A stretch of DNA of 64,000 nt from an uncultured Gemmatimonadales bacterium (GTDB taxonomy: Bacteria > Gemmatimonadota > Gemmatimonadetes > Palauibacterales > Palauibacteraceae), in the NCBI GenBank assembly GCA_963783385.1, contig CAWANJ010000001.1, positions 672,001-736,000 of the forward strand. The letters are read 5' to 3'. Under the pieces are notes generated by a model. That model had not been told where the DNA came from, searched no databases, and saw only the letters and a list, made by a program, of their open reading frames with translations. Made by a program: the position numbers and the translations under genes. Positions 33,072 to 43,412 of the stretch are shown piece after piece. Position 1 is the first letter of the stretch. Each line of letters begins with the position of its first letter.

Positions 33072-33167
33072 GGGCTCTCCTCTCGAGTGGTCGTTCCGGC
33101 CGGACCCCGATCGGCGCCGGCCCATCGTACCGGCGCCCCCCGGGGGCGCCGCGCTGTGAAGGCGGCC

Positions 33168-34223
33168 TCAGGCGGCCACCCGGTAGTCCGTGAGCTCCTC
33201 GCGTCCGCCGGCGTCGAGCTCGGCCCGGATCTCCTGGCGCGCGCCCGGCGCCCCGACGGCCACCAGGACGTACGCCCCGGGCCATCGGCCGAGCTCGGCC
33301 GGCGACAACACGGGGAGCCCGTGGATCTCCTGCCCGATCTTCCTCGGGTCCACGTCGATGAACGCGGCCGCCGGGCGCCCCTGCCGGGCCAGCTCCACCG
33401 CCAGCGGCTTCCCCACGCGGCCCGCCCCCCACACCAGGAGAGCGCGTCCCTCGGGCAGCTCGCCGCGCACCAGGAAGTGCACCTTGCAGCGGCGGAACGC
33501 GTCGGGCGCATACGCGCCGGAAACCCGGGACAGCCGCCCCCGGCGCACCCTCCAGCGAAGCAGCGTCTCGGGAACCAGGTCGGCCCGCATCCCGGCCCGG
33601 TGCAGCCGGAGCAGGAGGTCGTAGTCCTCGGGCCAGCCCTGGTCACGGTAGCCGCCCAGAGCCCGCAGCGCGGAGGCGCGGATCATCAGCGTAGGATGGG
33701 CGATCGGGCACTCCACGAACAGGTCCCGCCGGAGCGCCGCGGGCCCGGCGAGGCCGTTGAGCCACCCCTGGTAACGGCGGTAGCCCATCCCCACCCGGGT
33801 GGAGGGGAACAGCTCGACCCGCGTGCCGCAGGCGGCCAGACCCGGACGCCCCGACAGGAAGTCGACCTGACGCTCGAGCCGGGAGGGGAGCGCCACGTCG
33901 TCGGCGTCCATGCGCGCCAGCAGGGGGGCGCGGGCCGCCGCCGCGGCGCGCCGGAGCGCCGCGACCACCCCCTCGCCGCCCGCGCTCCCGGCGGAGAGGA
34001 GGCGCACGCGGGCGTCACGCGCCGCCCACGCCTCCAGGAGGCCGGCCGTGCCGTCGGTTGAGCCGTCGTCGACGGCGACCACCTCGAAGTCGGTCAGCGT
34101 CTGCGCCTCGAGGCTGGCGGCGGCCTCGACGAGCCAGGCCGCGGCGTCGCGGCAGGGCAGGAGGACCGAGACGCGCGGGAGGCCCGCGCCCCGGTCCCCG
34201 GTCCACCCGCGGCCCTGGCTCAG
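33168..34223 (-). CDS. Glycosyltransferase family 2 with C-terminal Rossmann-like domain (start uncertain)
   Basis: VSVLLPCRD lies in frame upstream of the annotated GTG 34082; VDDGSTD, RMDADD, EDYDL, WGAGRVG. Confidence 0.85.
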   Translation of the reverse strand: MSQGRGWTGDRGAGLPRVSVLLPCRDAAAWLVEAAASLEAQTLTDFEVVAVDDGSTDGTAGLLEAWAARDARVRLLSAGSAGGEGVVAALRRAAAAARAPLLARMDADDVALPSRLERQVDFLSGRPGLAACGTRVELFPSTRVGMGYRRYQGWLNGLAGPAALRRDLFVECPIAHPTLMIRASALRALGGYRDQGWPEDYDLLLRLHRAGMRADLVPETLLRWRVRRGRLSRVSGAYAPDAFRRCKVHFLVRGELPEGRALLVWGAGRVGKPLAVELARQGRPAAAFIDVDPRKIGQEIHGLPVLSPAELGRWPGAYVLVAVGAPGARQEIRAELDAGGREELTDYRVAA

Positions 34224-36346
34224 CTCCCGGCCTTCCCCGCGTCACCGGTGGCGGTCAGCTCCAGGGTGACGGGCCGTCCCTCGAACTCCTCCTTGACCAG
34301 CAGGTGGGGCGTCTCCTTCGTGACGTAGAACAGGATCTTCTGCCCCGCCTGGCCGGTCACCTCCACCTTGTAGACCTGGTAGGTGCCCGCCGGGACGGTC
34401 ACGCTGTCCGCGCCCGTCACCTTCGCCGACAGCTGCTGGACGCCCTGCCCCGCGGCGTAGATCGGGACCTGGAGGTCGAAGCCGTCGGCCAGCGGGCTGG
34501 CGAGCACGATGGCCACCGACGCGCTCCCGTCCAGCGTGCCGTCCGGAAGGTCCGTGTCGATCTTCTGCTCCTTCGTCTGGCCCTGCGGCGTGGGCAGCGT
34601 CGCCGTGCCCGAGACGTGCCCCGACGCGTAGTGGAGGTCGGTGGAGGCGGGCCCGCCCTGCTCGGCGGCCGAGATGGGTGTGAGGTCGCCCTGGAACACG
34701 TAGGTCCCCGTCTGGCTCCCCATGGGCGCCTGGAGCTTCTCCTCGAGCTTCCAGCTCCCCGCCTGCTCGCCCTTCCCGAGGGTCAGGGTGTAGCTGCCGA
34801 ACGACTTGCCCTGGACCATGAGGTCGTACTCGAACGACCCGGTCCGGGCCCGGCTCGCGTCCAGCTTCACCGCGGAGCGCTTCACCGCCAGGTCCGATGG
34901 CTGCAGCGGGCTCCCGTCCACGTCCTGCAGGCGAACCGGGGCGATGGCCTTCAGCTCATCGTAGAGCTTGGCGGCGTCACCCACGATCACGATGTCGAGG
35001 CTGTCGGGGTGCAGGTACTCCCTGGCCACCCGCTGCACGTCGGCCGGCTTCACCTCCGCCACCCTGTCGCGGTAGCTCTCCAGGTAGCCGATCCCGAGGC
35101 CGCGCAGGAGGGCGTCCGCCACCTGCGAGGCCACCTGCTCGGGCGTTTCGATCGCGATCGGGAAGTGCCCGGTGAGGTAGTCCTCGGCCGTCTGCACCTC
35201 CGAGTCCGGCACCGTCTGCATCCGCATGCGCCGGATCTGGTGGAGCATCTCGTTCACCGAGCTGTCCGTAACGGGCGTCCTCACCTGGGCCGTGGCCACG
35301 AAGTACCCCCTGTCGCGGGGGCTGGTGATCTGGCTGTAGGCCCCGTACGTCCACCCCTTCTGCTCGCGCAGGATGAGGAAGAGGCGCGCGTTGGCGCCGC
35401 CGCCCAGGATCCGGTTCATCACGTCGAGGGGGATCGCGTCGGGGTTGTCGGGCCGGATGGCCAGGTTCCCCATCCAGATCTCCGACTGCACCGAGCCGGG
35501 CCGGTTGATGAGGGTGATCGAGGTCGGGCTCGGCGCCGGCGGCGCGGGCGGGGTGGCCCGCGCCGGCGCCTTCCCGCTCCAGTCGCCGAAGTACTTCTCG
35601 GCGGCCTGGCGCGCCCCGGCCAGGTCGATGTCCCCGGCGAACACGAGCAGGGCGCCCGAAGGGTCGTAGCGCGCGGCGTGGAACGCCTCGATGTCCTGAC
35701 GGGTGATGGCCTTGACGCTCTCGGGCGTGGGCGCGTTCGCGTAGGGGTGCTTCCCGTACACCTCCCTGGAGAACTGGCGCCCGGCCAGGACGGAGGGCTG
35801 GCTGAGCTGGACCTGGAGGCCGGAGAGCTCGCGCTTACGCATGGTCTCGAGCTGGTCGTCCGGGAAGGTCGGATTCCGCACCACATCCGAGAAGATCTCG
35901 AGCACCGCGGGCAGGTGCTTCGTGAGGGTGGTGGCGGCCACGTAGGTGAAGTCGTCGTCCGCCCCCTCGTTCAGGGAGGCGCCGACCCCCTCCACCGCGG
36001 AGGCGATCTGGTCCGCGCTGCGCGTCTTGGTGCCCTTGTCGAGGAGCGAGGCCGTCATGTCGGCCAGCCCCGCCTCGTGCTCGGGATCGGCCGTGGCGCC
36101 GGCGGGGAGGTAGAGCCGCACCGATACGACGGGCTGCTCGTGGTTCTCGATCACCACCAGCCGGAGGCCGTTGGAGAGCGTGTCCCGGCCGACGGCCGGG
36201 AAGTGCACCGGCTTGGCCTTCAGGGGCGGGGGCGCCTTGGACGGGAAGCCCTGCTGGGCCGCCAGGCCGGCCGGGGCCGCCAGGAGGCCCGCCGTCCCGA
36301 GGAGAAGCAGCGAGGAGAGGACCGAGGTTCGACGTGCGGCGCTCAT
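34220..36346 (-). CDS. M16B peptidase, non-catalytic partner with extra C-terminal domain
   Basis: LSNGLRL, no HXXEH (GLADMTASLL), ARLFLILREQKGWTYGA; ~200 aa C-terminal extension. Confidence 0.85.
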   Translation of the reverse strand: MSAARRTSVLSSLLLLGTAGLLAAPAGLAAQQGFPSKAPPPLKAKPVHFPAVGRDTLSNGLRLVVIENHEQPVVSVRLYLPAGATADPEHEAGLADMTASLLDKGTKTRSADQIASAVEGVGASLNEGADDDFTYVAATTLTKHLPAVLEIFSDVVRNPTFPDDQLETMRKRELSGLQVQLSQPSVLAGRQFSREVYGKHPYANAPTPESVKAITRQDIEAFHAARYDPSGALLVFAGDIDLAGARQAAEKYFGDWSGKAPARATPPAPPAPSPTSITLINRPGSVQSEIWMGNLAIRPDNPDAIPLDVMNRILGGGANARLFLILREQKGWTYGAYSQITSPRDRGYFVATAQVRTPVTDSSVNEMLHQIRRMRMQTVPDSEVQTAEDYLTGHFPIAIETPEQVASQVADALLRGLGIGYLESYRDRVAEVKPADVQRVAREYLHPDSLDIVIVGDAAKLYDELKAIAPVRLQDVDGSPLQPSDLAVKRSAVKLDASRARTGSFEYDLMVQGKSFGSYTLTLGKGEQAGSWKLEEKLQAPMGSQTGTYVFQGDLTPISAAEQGGPASTDLHYASGHVSGTATLPTPQGQTKEQKIDTDLPDGTLDGSASVAIVLASPLADGFDLQVPIYAAGQGVQQLSAKVTGADSVTVPAGTYQVYKVEVTGQAGQKILFYVTKETPHLLVKEEFEGRPVTLELTATGDAGKAGS

Positions 36347-37728
36347 CGGTCACCTCCCTTCGACGGCAGGTCGAACACGACGCTCATGTTGTCGCGGACG
36401 AAGTACTTGTCGATCACCCGCTTCAGGTCGTCCACCGTCACCGCCTCGTAGCGCGCCAGGTCCCCGTTCACCTCCGAGAGCCCGGGGCGGAAGAGCGCAT
36501 AGTGCTGCAGCGCCTCCGCCTTGCTGAGGTCCGTCTGGTGGCCCTCCACGAAGTCGGCCTCGAAGGTGTTCTTGGCCTTCCGCAGCTCCGCCTCGGTGGG
36601 CGGGTCGGTCTTCAGACGCTGCACCTGCGCCTCCATGAGCGTCAGCAGGGAGTCGGCGCCCACGCCCTGGTTGGCGAGCGCGAAGCCGAAGAACAGGGAC
36701 GGGCCCACCCGCGAGGAGAGCGCGGCCGAGGCCTGGAGGGCCGCGCCCGCGTCGTTCACCACCGCCCGGTACAGCCGGGAGCTCTGGCCCTGCCCGAACA
36801 GCACGGCCAGGAGGGCGAGCGGATAGTGGTCCGCCGAGGAGTCGGGCGGCACGCGGTAGCTCCAGATGACGGCCGGGACGTTGGCCTTGGTGTCGAGCAC
36901 CGTGTCCATCCGGAAGCCGGGCGAATAGCTCACCGTGCAGGTCGCCGGCGGCGGAGTGGCGGCCTTCGGGATCCCGCCGAAGTACTGCTGGATGAAGCTC
37001 TTCACCTGGGCGGGATCGAAGTCGCCGACCACGGTGAGGGTGGCGTTGTTGGGCTGGTAGTAGGTGGCGTGGAACGCCTTCACGTCCTCGAGCGTGGCGG
37101 CCGTGACGTCCTGGATGGAGCCCGAGGGCGGGTGCGCGTAGCCGGGGCAGCCGATGCCTTCGTACGGGACCGTGTACTGGGAGGCCAGGAAGGCCTTCGA
37201 GTACGGCTGGTTGTTGATCCGCTGGCGCAGCTCCTCGGAGACCGTCTTCTGCTGGTTCTCCAGGTTGGTCTGGTTCACGGCCAGCGACCGCATGCGGTCC
37301 GCCTCCATCCACAGCGCCAGGTTCACCCGGTCGGCGGGGATGATCTCGAAGTAGTTGGTGCGGTCCTCGGTGGTCGATCCGTTCACCGACCCGCCCACCG
37401 CCTCGATGCGGGTGAGGTGCTCGGTCTTCCCCACGTGCGCCGAGCCCTGGAACATCATGTGCTCGAACAGGTGGGCGAAGCCGTACCGGCCCTTCGTCTC
37501 GTTGCGCGCCCCCACGTGGTACCAGATGTCCACCGCCACGATGGGCGTGGAGTGGTCCTCGGAGAGGATCACCTGGAGCCCGTTCGGGAGGTCGTAGGTC
37601 TGGTAGGGGATCGCGCCGGGAGCCAAGCCGCGGTCGGCCTGCTGGGCGTGGAGCGGCCCGGAGAGGGTCGCGGCCGCCAGCGCGGCGAGCGCCAGCGACG
37701 CCGGTCTCCTCACGACGTGGAGCTTCAT
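36343..37728 (-). CDS. M16B (pitrilysin family) zinc peptidase
   Basis: WYHVG, AHLFEHMMFQGS (HXXEH), NGST..DRTNY, EELRQR; signal peptide. Confidence 0.92.
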   Translation of the reverse strand: MKLHVVRRPASLALAALAAATLSGPLHAQQADRGLAPGAIPYQTYDLPNGLQVILSEDHSTPIVAVDIWYHVGARNETKGRYGFAHLFEHMMFQGSAHVGKTEHLTRIEAVGGSVNGSTTEDRTNYFEIIPADRVNLALWMEADRMRSLAVNQTNLENQQKTVSEELRQRINNQPYSKAFLASQYTVPYEGIGCPGYAHPPSGSIQDVTAATLEDVKAFHATYYQPNNATLTVVGDFDPAQVKSFIQQYFGGIPKAATPPPATCTVSYSPGFRMDTVLDTKANVPAVIWSYRVPPDSSADHYPLALLAVLFGQGQSSRLYRAVVNDAGAALQASAALSSRVGPSLFFGFALANQGVGADSLLTLMEAQVQRLKTDPPTEAELRKAKNTFEADFVEGHQTDLSKAEALQHYALFRPGLSEVNGDLARYEAVTVDDLKRVIDKYFVRDNMSVVFDLPSKGGDR

Positions 37729-37845
37729 GGGTCCTCCTGACGAGGCAGGGACGGAACGTGGGGGCCTGGGTGACCCGTCAATGTAGTCGAACACTCTTTT
37801 CGAAACAGCCGGGCGCGGCGAACCGTTGAACCGGAGCCCGCGGCC

Positions 37846-40710
37846 TCAGCCGGCGGCGCGGTCCTCCCGTGGCCGGGCGCGCTCGCCGCGCAGGTAGGCC
37901 CCCGTGAGGGAGTCGGGGGCGGCGGCGATCGCGTCGGGCGGGCCCTGGGCCACGATGCGGCCCCCCTCGGCCGCCGCGCCCGGGCCCAGGTCCAGGATCC
38001 AGTCGGCGCTCCGGACCACGGCCAGGTCGTGCTCGACCACCACGACCGTGTGCCCCGCCGACACGAGCTCGTCCAGCACCCGGACGAGCTGGCCGACCTC
38101 CCCCAGGCCGAGCCCCACGGTGGGCTCGTCCAGGATGTAGAGCCGCCGGCCGGAGCCGGAGGCCCCGGCCAGCTCGCGGGCCACCTTGAGCCGCTGCGCC
38201 TCGCCGCCCGACAGGGTGGTGGCGGGCTGGCCGAGCCTCAGGTACCCGAGCCCCACCCGCTGCAGCTGCCAGAGCGCCTCCCCCACCCGGTCCTGGCGCA
38301 GGAAGAAGCGAATGGCCTCGTCCACGGTGAGCTGCAGGACGTCGTGGATGTTCAGGCCCCTGTACTCCACCTCCAGGAGCTCGTCCCGGTAGCGCTTCCC
38401 CCCGCACGCCTCGCACGGCGTGGACACGTCGGCCATGAACACCATGTCGACCTGTTCCTCGCCGGCCCCCTTGCACACCTCGCAGCGCCCGCCCTTCACG
38501 TTGAAGCTGAAGTGCCCCGGCGTGTAGTCGCGGCTGCGCGACAGCGGCTGCTCGGCGAACAGCTCGCGGATGGGATCGAACGCCTTGATGTAGGTGACCG
38601 GGTTGGAGCGCGGCGTGCGTCCGATGGGGCTCTGGTCGACCAGCACGACGTCGTCCAGCGCCCTCGCCCCGAGGAGCGCCTCGTAACGACCCACCTCTTC
38701 GCCCAGGTGCTCCCTGGCGCTGGTCACGCCGTGCAGCTCGCGCTCGAGGGCGTGGAACAGGAGGTCGTGCACGAGGGTGGACTTGCCCGAGCCCGACACG
38801 CCGGTGACCACCGTGAGAGAGCCGAGCGGGATGCGCGCGTCGAGGCCCTGGATGTTGTGGAGGGCGGCACCGCGGAGCTCGAGCCAGCGCCCGCCGGGCT
38901 TTCGGCGCTTGCGGAGCGCCCGCTCCTCGCGGCCCGCGAGCAGCCGGCCGGTCGTGGTGTCGGCCTCCAGCAGCCGGTCCCAGGAGCCCTCGAACACGAC
39001 CCGGCCGCCGCGCTCTCCCGAGCCCGGCCCCAGCTCCACGATCCGGTCGGAGACGCGCAGGGCCTCGGGCTCGTGCTCGACCATGAGCACCGTGTTGCCG
39101 CCGTCCCGAAGCCCGACGAGGACGTCCAGGAAGCGGTCCACGTCGTGAGGGTGGAGGCCGATGGTGGGCTCGTCGAGCACGTACAGCGTCTCCACCAGCC
39201 GGCTCCCGAGGCAGCTGGCCAGCCGGATGCGCTGCATCTCGCCCCCGGACAGGGAGCGGGCCTGGCGGTCCAGGGTCAGGTAGCCGAGCCCCACCTGGTC
39301 CAGGAAGCGGAGCCGGTCGGAGAGCTCCTCCAGGATCCGCTCGGCCACGCGGCGCTCGAACGTCTCGAGCTCCAGCTCGGCCAGCCACGCCCGGAGCGCC
39401 TCGACCGTAAGGGCGGCGGCTTCCGCGATCGTCTTCCCGCCCACGCGGACGTGCAGGGCCTCGTCCCGCAGCCGGGTCCCGCCGCAGGCGAAGCAGCGCA
39501 CCGGCCGCTGGTAGCCGCGCAGGAAGACCCGGATGTAGCGCTTGTACTTGTAGCGCTCCCGGGAGCGCAGGAAGGGGAGGACGCCCTCGAAGTCGTCGCT
39601 CCCCTCGAGGAGCTCGCGCCGCACGTCCTCCGCCAGCGACTCGAAGGGTACGTCGGCCGGAATGCCGCGCTCGCGGGCGAACTCGCGCAGCCGCGCTCGC
39701 TGGCGGTCGTAGCGCGGCTTGCTCCACGGATCGAGCGCCCCTTCCTCCAGAGTCCGGGACGGGTCGGGGACGATGAGGTCCTCGTCGTACTCGAGCGTGG
39801 CCCCGAACCCGCGGCACTCGGGACAGGCCCCGTGCGGGCTGTTGAAGCTGAACAGCGAGGGGCGCGGCTCGGGGAACTCGCGGCCGCACCCGGCGCAGCG
39901 GAAGGACTCGCTGAACGGATGGCGGGCCACCTCGCGCGCGGCGCCGGCCTCGTCCCGCTCGACCTGGAGCACGAAGGCGGTCTCCTCCCCCTCGGCGAAG
40001 GCGGCGGCGAGCGCGTCGGCCAGCCGCTCGCGACCGTCCGGGTCCACGACCAACCGGTCCACCACCACCAGGAGCTCCTCGGCGGCGGCCAGGTCGGGGG
40101 CGGGGGCCGCGTCCTCGCCCTCCTCGCCCTCCTCGCCCTCCAGGTCGGGCAGGTAGAGCTCCTCTCCATCGGCCCGCACCCGCAGGTAGCCCTGCGCCTG
40201 GAGGTTGGAGACGGCGACCGCGTGGGTGATCTCCCCGGAGAGGACGAGCGGGAAGGCCACCTCGATGCGGGTGTCGGGCTCCAGGGCGAGGACCGCGTCC
40301 ACGGCGGAGGCGACCGTGTCCGGCACCACCCGGATGCCGCACTCCGGGCACCAGGTCCGGCCCGAGCGCGCCCACAGGAGCCGCATGTAGTCATACACCT
40401 CGGTCACGGTGCCCACCGTGGAGCGGCTGGTCTGCACGGTGTTGCGCTGGTCGATGGCGACCGAGGGGCTCACCCCCTCCAGACGGTCCACGGCCGGCTT
40501 CTCCATGCGCTCCAGGAACTGCTTGGCGTAGGTGGACAGCGACTCGATGTAGCGGCGCTGACCCTCGGCGTAGACGGTGTCGAAGGCGAGGCTGGACTTG
40601 CCCGAGCCCGACGGGCCCGTGAGCACGGTCAGGGCCCGGCGCGGGATGTCGAGGTCGATCCCCTTGAGGTTGTGCTGTCGCGCCCCGAGGACGCGGATCA
40701 CGTCGGTCAC
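37846..40710 (-). CDS. uvrA: Excinuclease ABC subunit A
   Basis: [33 protein letters not shown] twice, GVSGSGKST, zinc fingers. Confidence 0.93.
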   Translation of the reverse strand: MTDVIRVLGARQHNLKGIDLDIPRRALTVLTGPSGSGKSSLAFDTVYAEGQRRYIESLSTYAKQFLERMEKPAVDRLEGVSPSVAIDQRNTVQTSRSTVGTVTEVYDYMRLLWARSGRTWCPECGIRVVPDTVASAVDAVLALEPDTRIEVAFPLVLSGEITHAVAVSNLQAQGYLRVRADGEELYLPDLEGEEGEEGEDAAPAPDLAAAEELLVVVDRLVVDPDGRERLADALAAAFAEGEETAFVLQVERDEAGAAREVARHPFSESFRCAGCGREFPEPRPSLFSFNSPHGACPECRGFGATLEYDEDLIVPDPSRTLEEGALDPWSKPRYDRQRARLREFARERGIPADVPFESLAEDVRRELLEGSDDFEGVLPFLRSRERYKYKRYIRVFLRGYQRPVRCFACGGTRLRDEALHVRVGGKTIAEAAALTVEALRAWLAELELETFERRVAERILEELSDRLRFLDQVGLGYLTLDRQARSLSGGEMQRIRLASCLGSRLVETLYVLDEPTIGLHPHDVDRFLDVLVGLRDGGNTVLMVEHEPEALRVSDRIVELGPGSGERGGRVVFEGSWDRLLEADTTTGRLLAGREERALRKRRKPGGRWLELRGAALHNIQGLDARIPLGSLTVVTGVSGSGKSTLVHDLLFHALERELHGVTSAREHLGEEVGRYEALLGARALDDVVLVDQSPIGRTPRSNPVTYIKAFDPIRELFAEQPLSRSRDYTPGHFSFNVKGGRCEVCKGAGEEQVDMVFMADVSTPCEACGGKRYRDELLEVEYRGLNIHDVLQLTVDEAIRFFLRQDRVGEALWQLQRVGLGYLRLGQPATTLSGGEAQRLKVARELAGASGSGRRLYILDEPTVGLGLGEVGQLVRVLDELVSAGHTVVVVEHDLAVVRSADWILDLGPGAAAEGGRIVAQGPPDAIAAAPDSLTGAYLRGERARPREDRAAG

Positions 40711-40893
40711 GGAATCCTTCTGCGGTGGCGGGAGGCGCCGCCCGGAGCGGCGCGCCCGGAGGTCACGGTGAGTGGTGTCCTGGATGATACTCCACCGGGG
40801 TCCCGGGTTCACGCTGCGGGAACGCGAAATGCATTCCTGGGGGGCGGAAGGCGTCGCGCGCGACAGCGGCGGCGCAGCGGAAAGGAGCTTCAC

Positions 40894-41316
40894 ATGAAGA
40901 ATCTACGACGCACGACTTCAATGGGGGCCGCGGCGGCCCTCGCACTCGGAACACTGGGCCTGGCGGGCTGCGCTACCGCGAGCGGCGGCGCGCCGGCGAG
41001 CCAGACCGCCGTGAAGGTCGAACCGGCCCCCACGGTGCGGATCATCAACGACCGCACCACGCCCATGCAGGTGAGCCTGTTCGGCGACGGCCAGTCGACC
41101 TTTCTCGGGACCGTGCCCGTGCAGGACACGCTGAGGAGCCGGATCCCGGAGACGCTGCTGGCCACCACGCGGGAGATCCGGCTGACCACGAGCCCGCTGG
41201 GCGGAGGGCCGGCCCGGACCTCCGAGCCGGTCTACGTCGACTCGTCCGATCCGGTCATCCAGTGGACGCTGATCCCGATGGGAGCGCCGGCGCCCATGGT
41301 GCTGTCCGGCAATTGA
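40894..41316 (+). CDS. Hypothetical lipoprotein
   Basis: AAGGAG SD, MKNLRR plus hydrophobic core and LAGC lipobox; beta-rich domain. Confidence 0.75.
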   Translation: MKNLRRTTSMGAAAALALGTLGLAGCATASGGAPASQTAVKVEPAPTVRIINDRTTPMQVSLFGDGQSTFLGTVPVQDTLRSRIPETLLATTREIRLTTSPLGGGPARTSEPVYVDSSDPVIQWTLIPMGAPAPMVLSGN

Positions 41317-41361
41317 GCGCTCCGGCACGGAGCGCCGCGTCCCGGCGGGCCGCGCCCGGCC

Positions 41362-41390
41362 TTGACATTGCATGTTACAACATGTATCAT
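41362..41390 (+). promoter_or_regulatory. Sigma-70 promoter with palindromic operator in the spacer
   Basis: TTGACA (41362)-N17-TATCAT (41385); CATGTTACAACATG at 41371-41384. Confidence 0.85.
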
Positions 41391-41396
41391 GGCCGC

Positions 41397-41864
41397 ATGA
41401 CGATGCGCCTTCAGGACGAGATCAAGCAGTCGAAGCCGTTCGGGCGGCCGGAGGTCGAGGCGCTCCTCAGCGTTCTCAGGACCTCCGCGCTGGTCGAGCA
41501 CGCGCTCGGCCAGACGCTCAAGCCGTTCGGCCTCACGCACACGCAGTACAACGTGCTGCGCATCCTGCGGGGCGCCGGGGAGGACGGGCTGTGCGGCCGG
41601 GAGGTGGGCGAGCGCCTCGTGTCCCCGGTGCCGGACGTGTCCCGGCTCCTGGACCGACTCTCCGAGGACGGCCTGCTGGCCCGTCACCGGGACCCCAGCG
41701 ACCGGCGTCACGTGAAGGCGACGCTGACGGCCGAGGGCCGGCGTACGCTCGAGCGGGCGACCCCCGCCCTCGAGGCCCTGCAGACGCGCTGGTTCGGCAA
41801 CCTGGACCGGGACCGGCTCCGGGCGCTGATCGAGGCGCTGGGCACGGTCCGCGCGGCGGGCTAG
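41397..41864 (+). CDS. MarR family transcriptional regulator
   Basis: GLTHTQYNVLRILRG, PDVSRLLDRL, DRR..LTAEG. Confidence 0.9.
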   Translation: MTMRLQDEIKQSKPFGRPEVEALLSVLRTSALVEHALGQTLKPFGLTHTQYNVLRILRGAGEDGLCGREVGERLVSPVPDVSRLLDRLSEDGLLARHRDPSDRRHVKATLTAEGRRTLERATPALEALQTRWFGNLDRDRLRALIEALGTVRAAG

Positions 41865-41949
41865 AGAGCCGTTGGAGAGCTGGGCGCGGCCGGGTCGCGC
41901 GCCCTGCGGGTCCAGCCCCAACCAGACGCGGCTTGTTCGTCCCGGTATG

Positions 41950-41977
41950 CTTGTTGCAACATACATGTTGACACATA
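41950..41977 (+). promoter_or_regulatory. Tandem candidate MarR operator sites upstream of doxX
   Basis: CTTGTTGCAACATA then CATGTTGACACATA, both resembling the marR promoter palindrome. Confidence 0.7.
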
Positions 41978-41997
41978 TAACTCCGGAGGGTAACCCC

Positions 41998-42546
41998 ATG
42001 TCGACACTGTACACGCAGGGTCCGGCGGTCCTGGCGATCGGACTGTTCGCGGTCCGGCTCATCCTGGGCCTGGGACTGGCGGCGCACGGGGCCCAGAAGC
42101 TGTTCGGCTGGTTCGGAGGCTACGGTCTGGAGGGCACGGGTGGCTTCTTCGAGAGCCTGGGCTTCCGGCCCGGACGGACGTTCGCGGCCCTGGCGGGGCT
42201 GGGCGAGCTGGGCGGCGGACTGCTCACCGCGGCCGGCTTCCTGGGCCCGATCGGCCCGGCCATCATGATCCTGGTCATGCTGGTGGCCATCCTGGCCGTG
42301 CACCGGCCCAACGGCTTCTTCGCCTCGGACGACGGCATTGAGCTGCCGCTGCTGTTCGCCACCGGCGCCCTGGCGGTCGCGGTGGCCGGCCCGGGCGTGA
42401 TCTCGCTGGACGCCCTGTTCGGGCTCGAGGCGCTGTGGGCGCCGGCGGTGGTGTGGATCTCGCTGGCGGCGGCCTTGCTGATGGCGCTCGGCAACGTGGC
42501 GCTGCGGAGACCCACCGCGGGCGCCGGCAAGACGGCGGAAGCGTGA
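41998..42546 (+). CDS. DoxX family membrane protein
   Basis: RLILG..HGAQKLFGWFGG..GE..GG; GGAGG SD. Confidence 0.9.
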   Translation: MSTLYTQGPAVLAIGLFAVRLILGLGLAAHGAQKLFGWFGGYGLEGTGGFFESLGFRPGRTFAALAGLGELGGGLLTAAGFLGPIGPAIMILVMLVAILAVHRPNGFFASDDGIELPLLFATGALAVAVAGPGVISLDALFGLEALWAPAVVWISLAAALLMALGNVALRRPTAGAGKTAEA

Positions 42547-43412
42547 GCCTCCGGGTCCTGGGGATCCCGGGCAGCCTCCGCGGCGGCTCCTACAACCGCC
42601 GCCTGCTGGAGGCCGCCCGGGAGATGGCCCCCGACGGCATCGAGATCGAGGTCTTCGATCTGGCCGGGATCCCGCTGTACGACGCGGACCTCGACACGGA
42701 CGAGGCCCGTCCTGGAGCCGTGGAGCGCCTCAAGACGTCGATCGGAGAGGCGGACGCGGTCCTGTTCGCCACGCCCGAGTACAACCACTCCGTCCCGGGC
42801 GTGCTCAAGAACGCCATCGACTGGGCCTCCAGGCCCGCGGGGCGCTCGCCGCTGCGCGGCAAGCCCGTGGCCATGATGGGCGCCTCGCCCGGCGCCGTGG
42901 GGACGGCGCGGGCGCAGATGCACCTGGAGTCCGTGCTGCTGGCCACCCTGGCCCGTCCCCTGCCCCACCCCGGCGTTCTGGTGGGCGGAGCGAAGGAGAA
43001 GTTCGACGCGGACGGGCGGCTGGTGCACGAGTCGACCCGACTCTTCCTGCGGAGCTTCCTGGAGGAGCTGTCGGCGTGGACGCGGAAGGTGGCGGGCGGG
43101 CGCGACGCCGCGGCCGGAGGCGATGCGGGGCGTGCGTCCCCCGATGCCTCGCGCGCGAGCTCCGGCGAGAAGCGCCCGGCGGCGCCGGCGCCGAAGCCGG
43201 TCGGCGCCGCGGCTTCGTTCAGCGGTCCTGCTGCGACGCCTCCTGCAGCGACTCGACCAGGGGCTCGGGTGTCACGCCATAGTACCGGCGCACGATGGCG
43301 CTCCACTCTGACACGAATCGATTCAACACGTATGGATCGGTGTGGACCCAGCACCAGCGGGCCGGCTCCACCCACGCCGCGGCGTAGCCCAGGTCGTTCG
43401 AGCCATACTTGA
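42543..43412 (+). CDS. NADPH-dependent FMN reductase (3' end uncertain)
   Basis: [43 protein letters not shown]; conserved part ends near 43100. Confidence 0.85.
   Translation: MSLRVLGIPGSLRGGSYNRRLLEAAREMAPDGIEIEVFDLAGIPLYDADLDTDEARPGAVERLKTSIGEADAVLFATPEYNHSVPGVLKNAIDWASRPAGRSPLRGKPVAMMGASPGAVGTARAQMHLESVLLATLARPLPHPGVLVGGAKEKFDADGRLVHESTRLFLRSFLEELSAWTRKVAGGRDAAAGGDAGRASPDASRASSGEKRPAAPAPKPVGAAASFSGPAATPPAATRPGARVSRHSTGARWRSTLTRIDSTRMDRCGPSTSGPAPPTPRRSPGRSSHT

Noticed and set aside
37787-37803. TCGAACACTCTTTTCGA as a LexA box
   Set aside because: Spacing and right arm do not fit GAAC-N4-GTTC, and it lies downstream of uvrA, not upstream.
38029-41316. Very long antisense or alternate-frame ORFs (e.g. 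1095 aa here; also 8648-10978, 11991-14696)
   Set aside because: Shadow ORFs typical of high-GC coding DNA, with no motifs. Only the terminal lipoprotein at 40894-41316 looks real.
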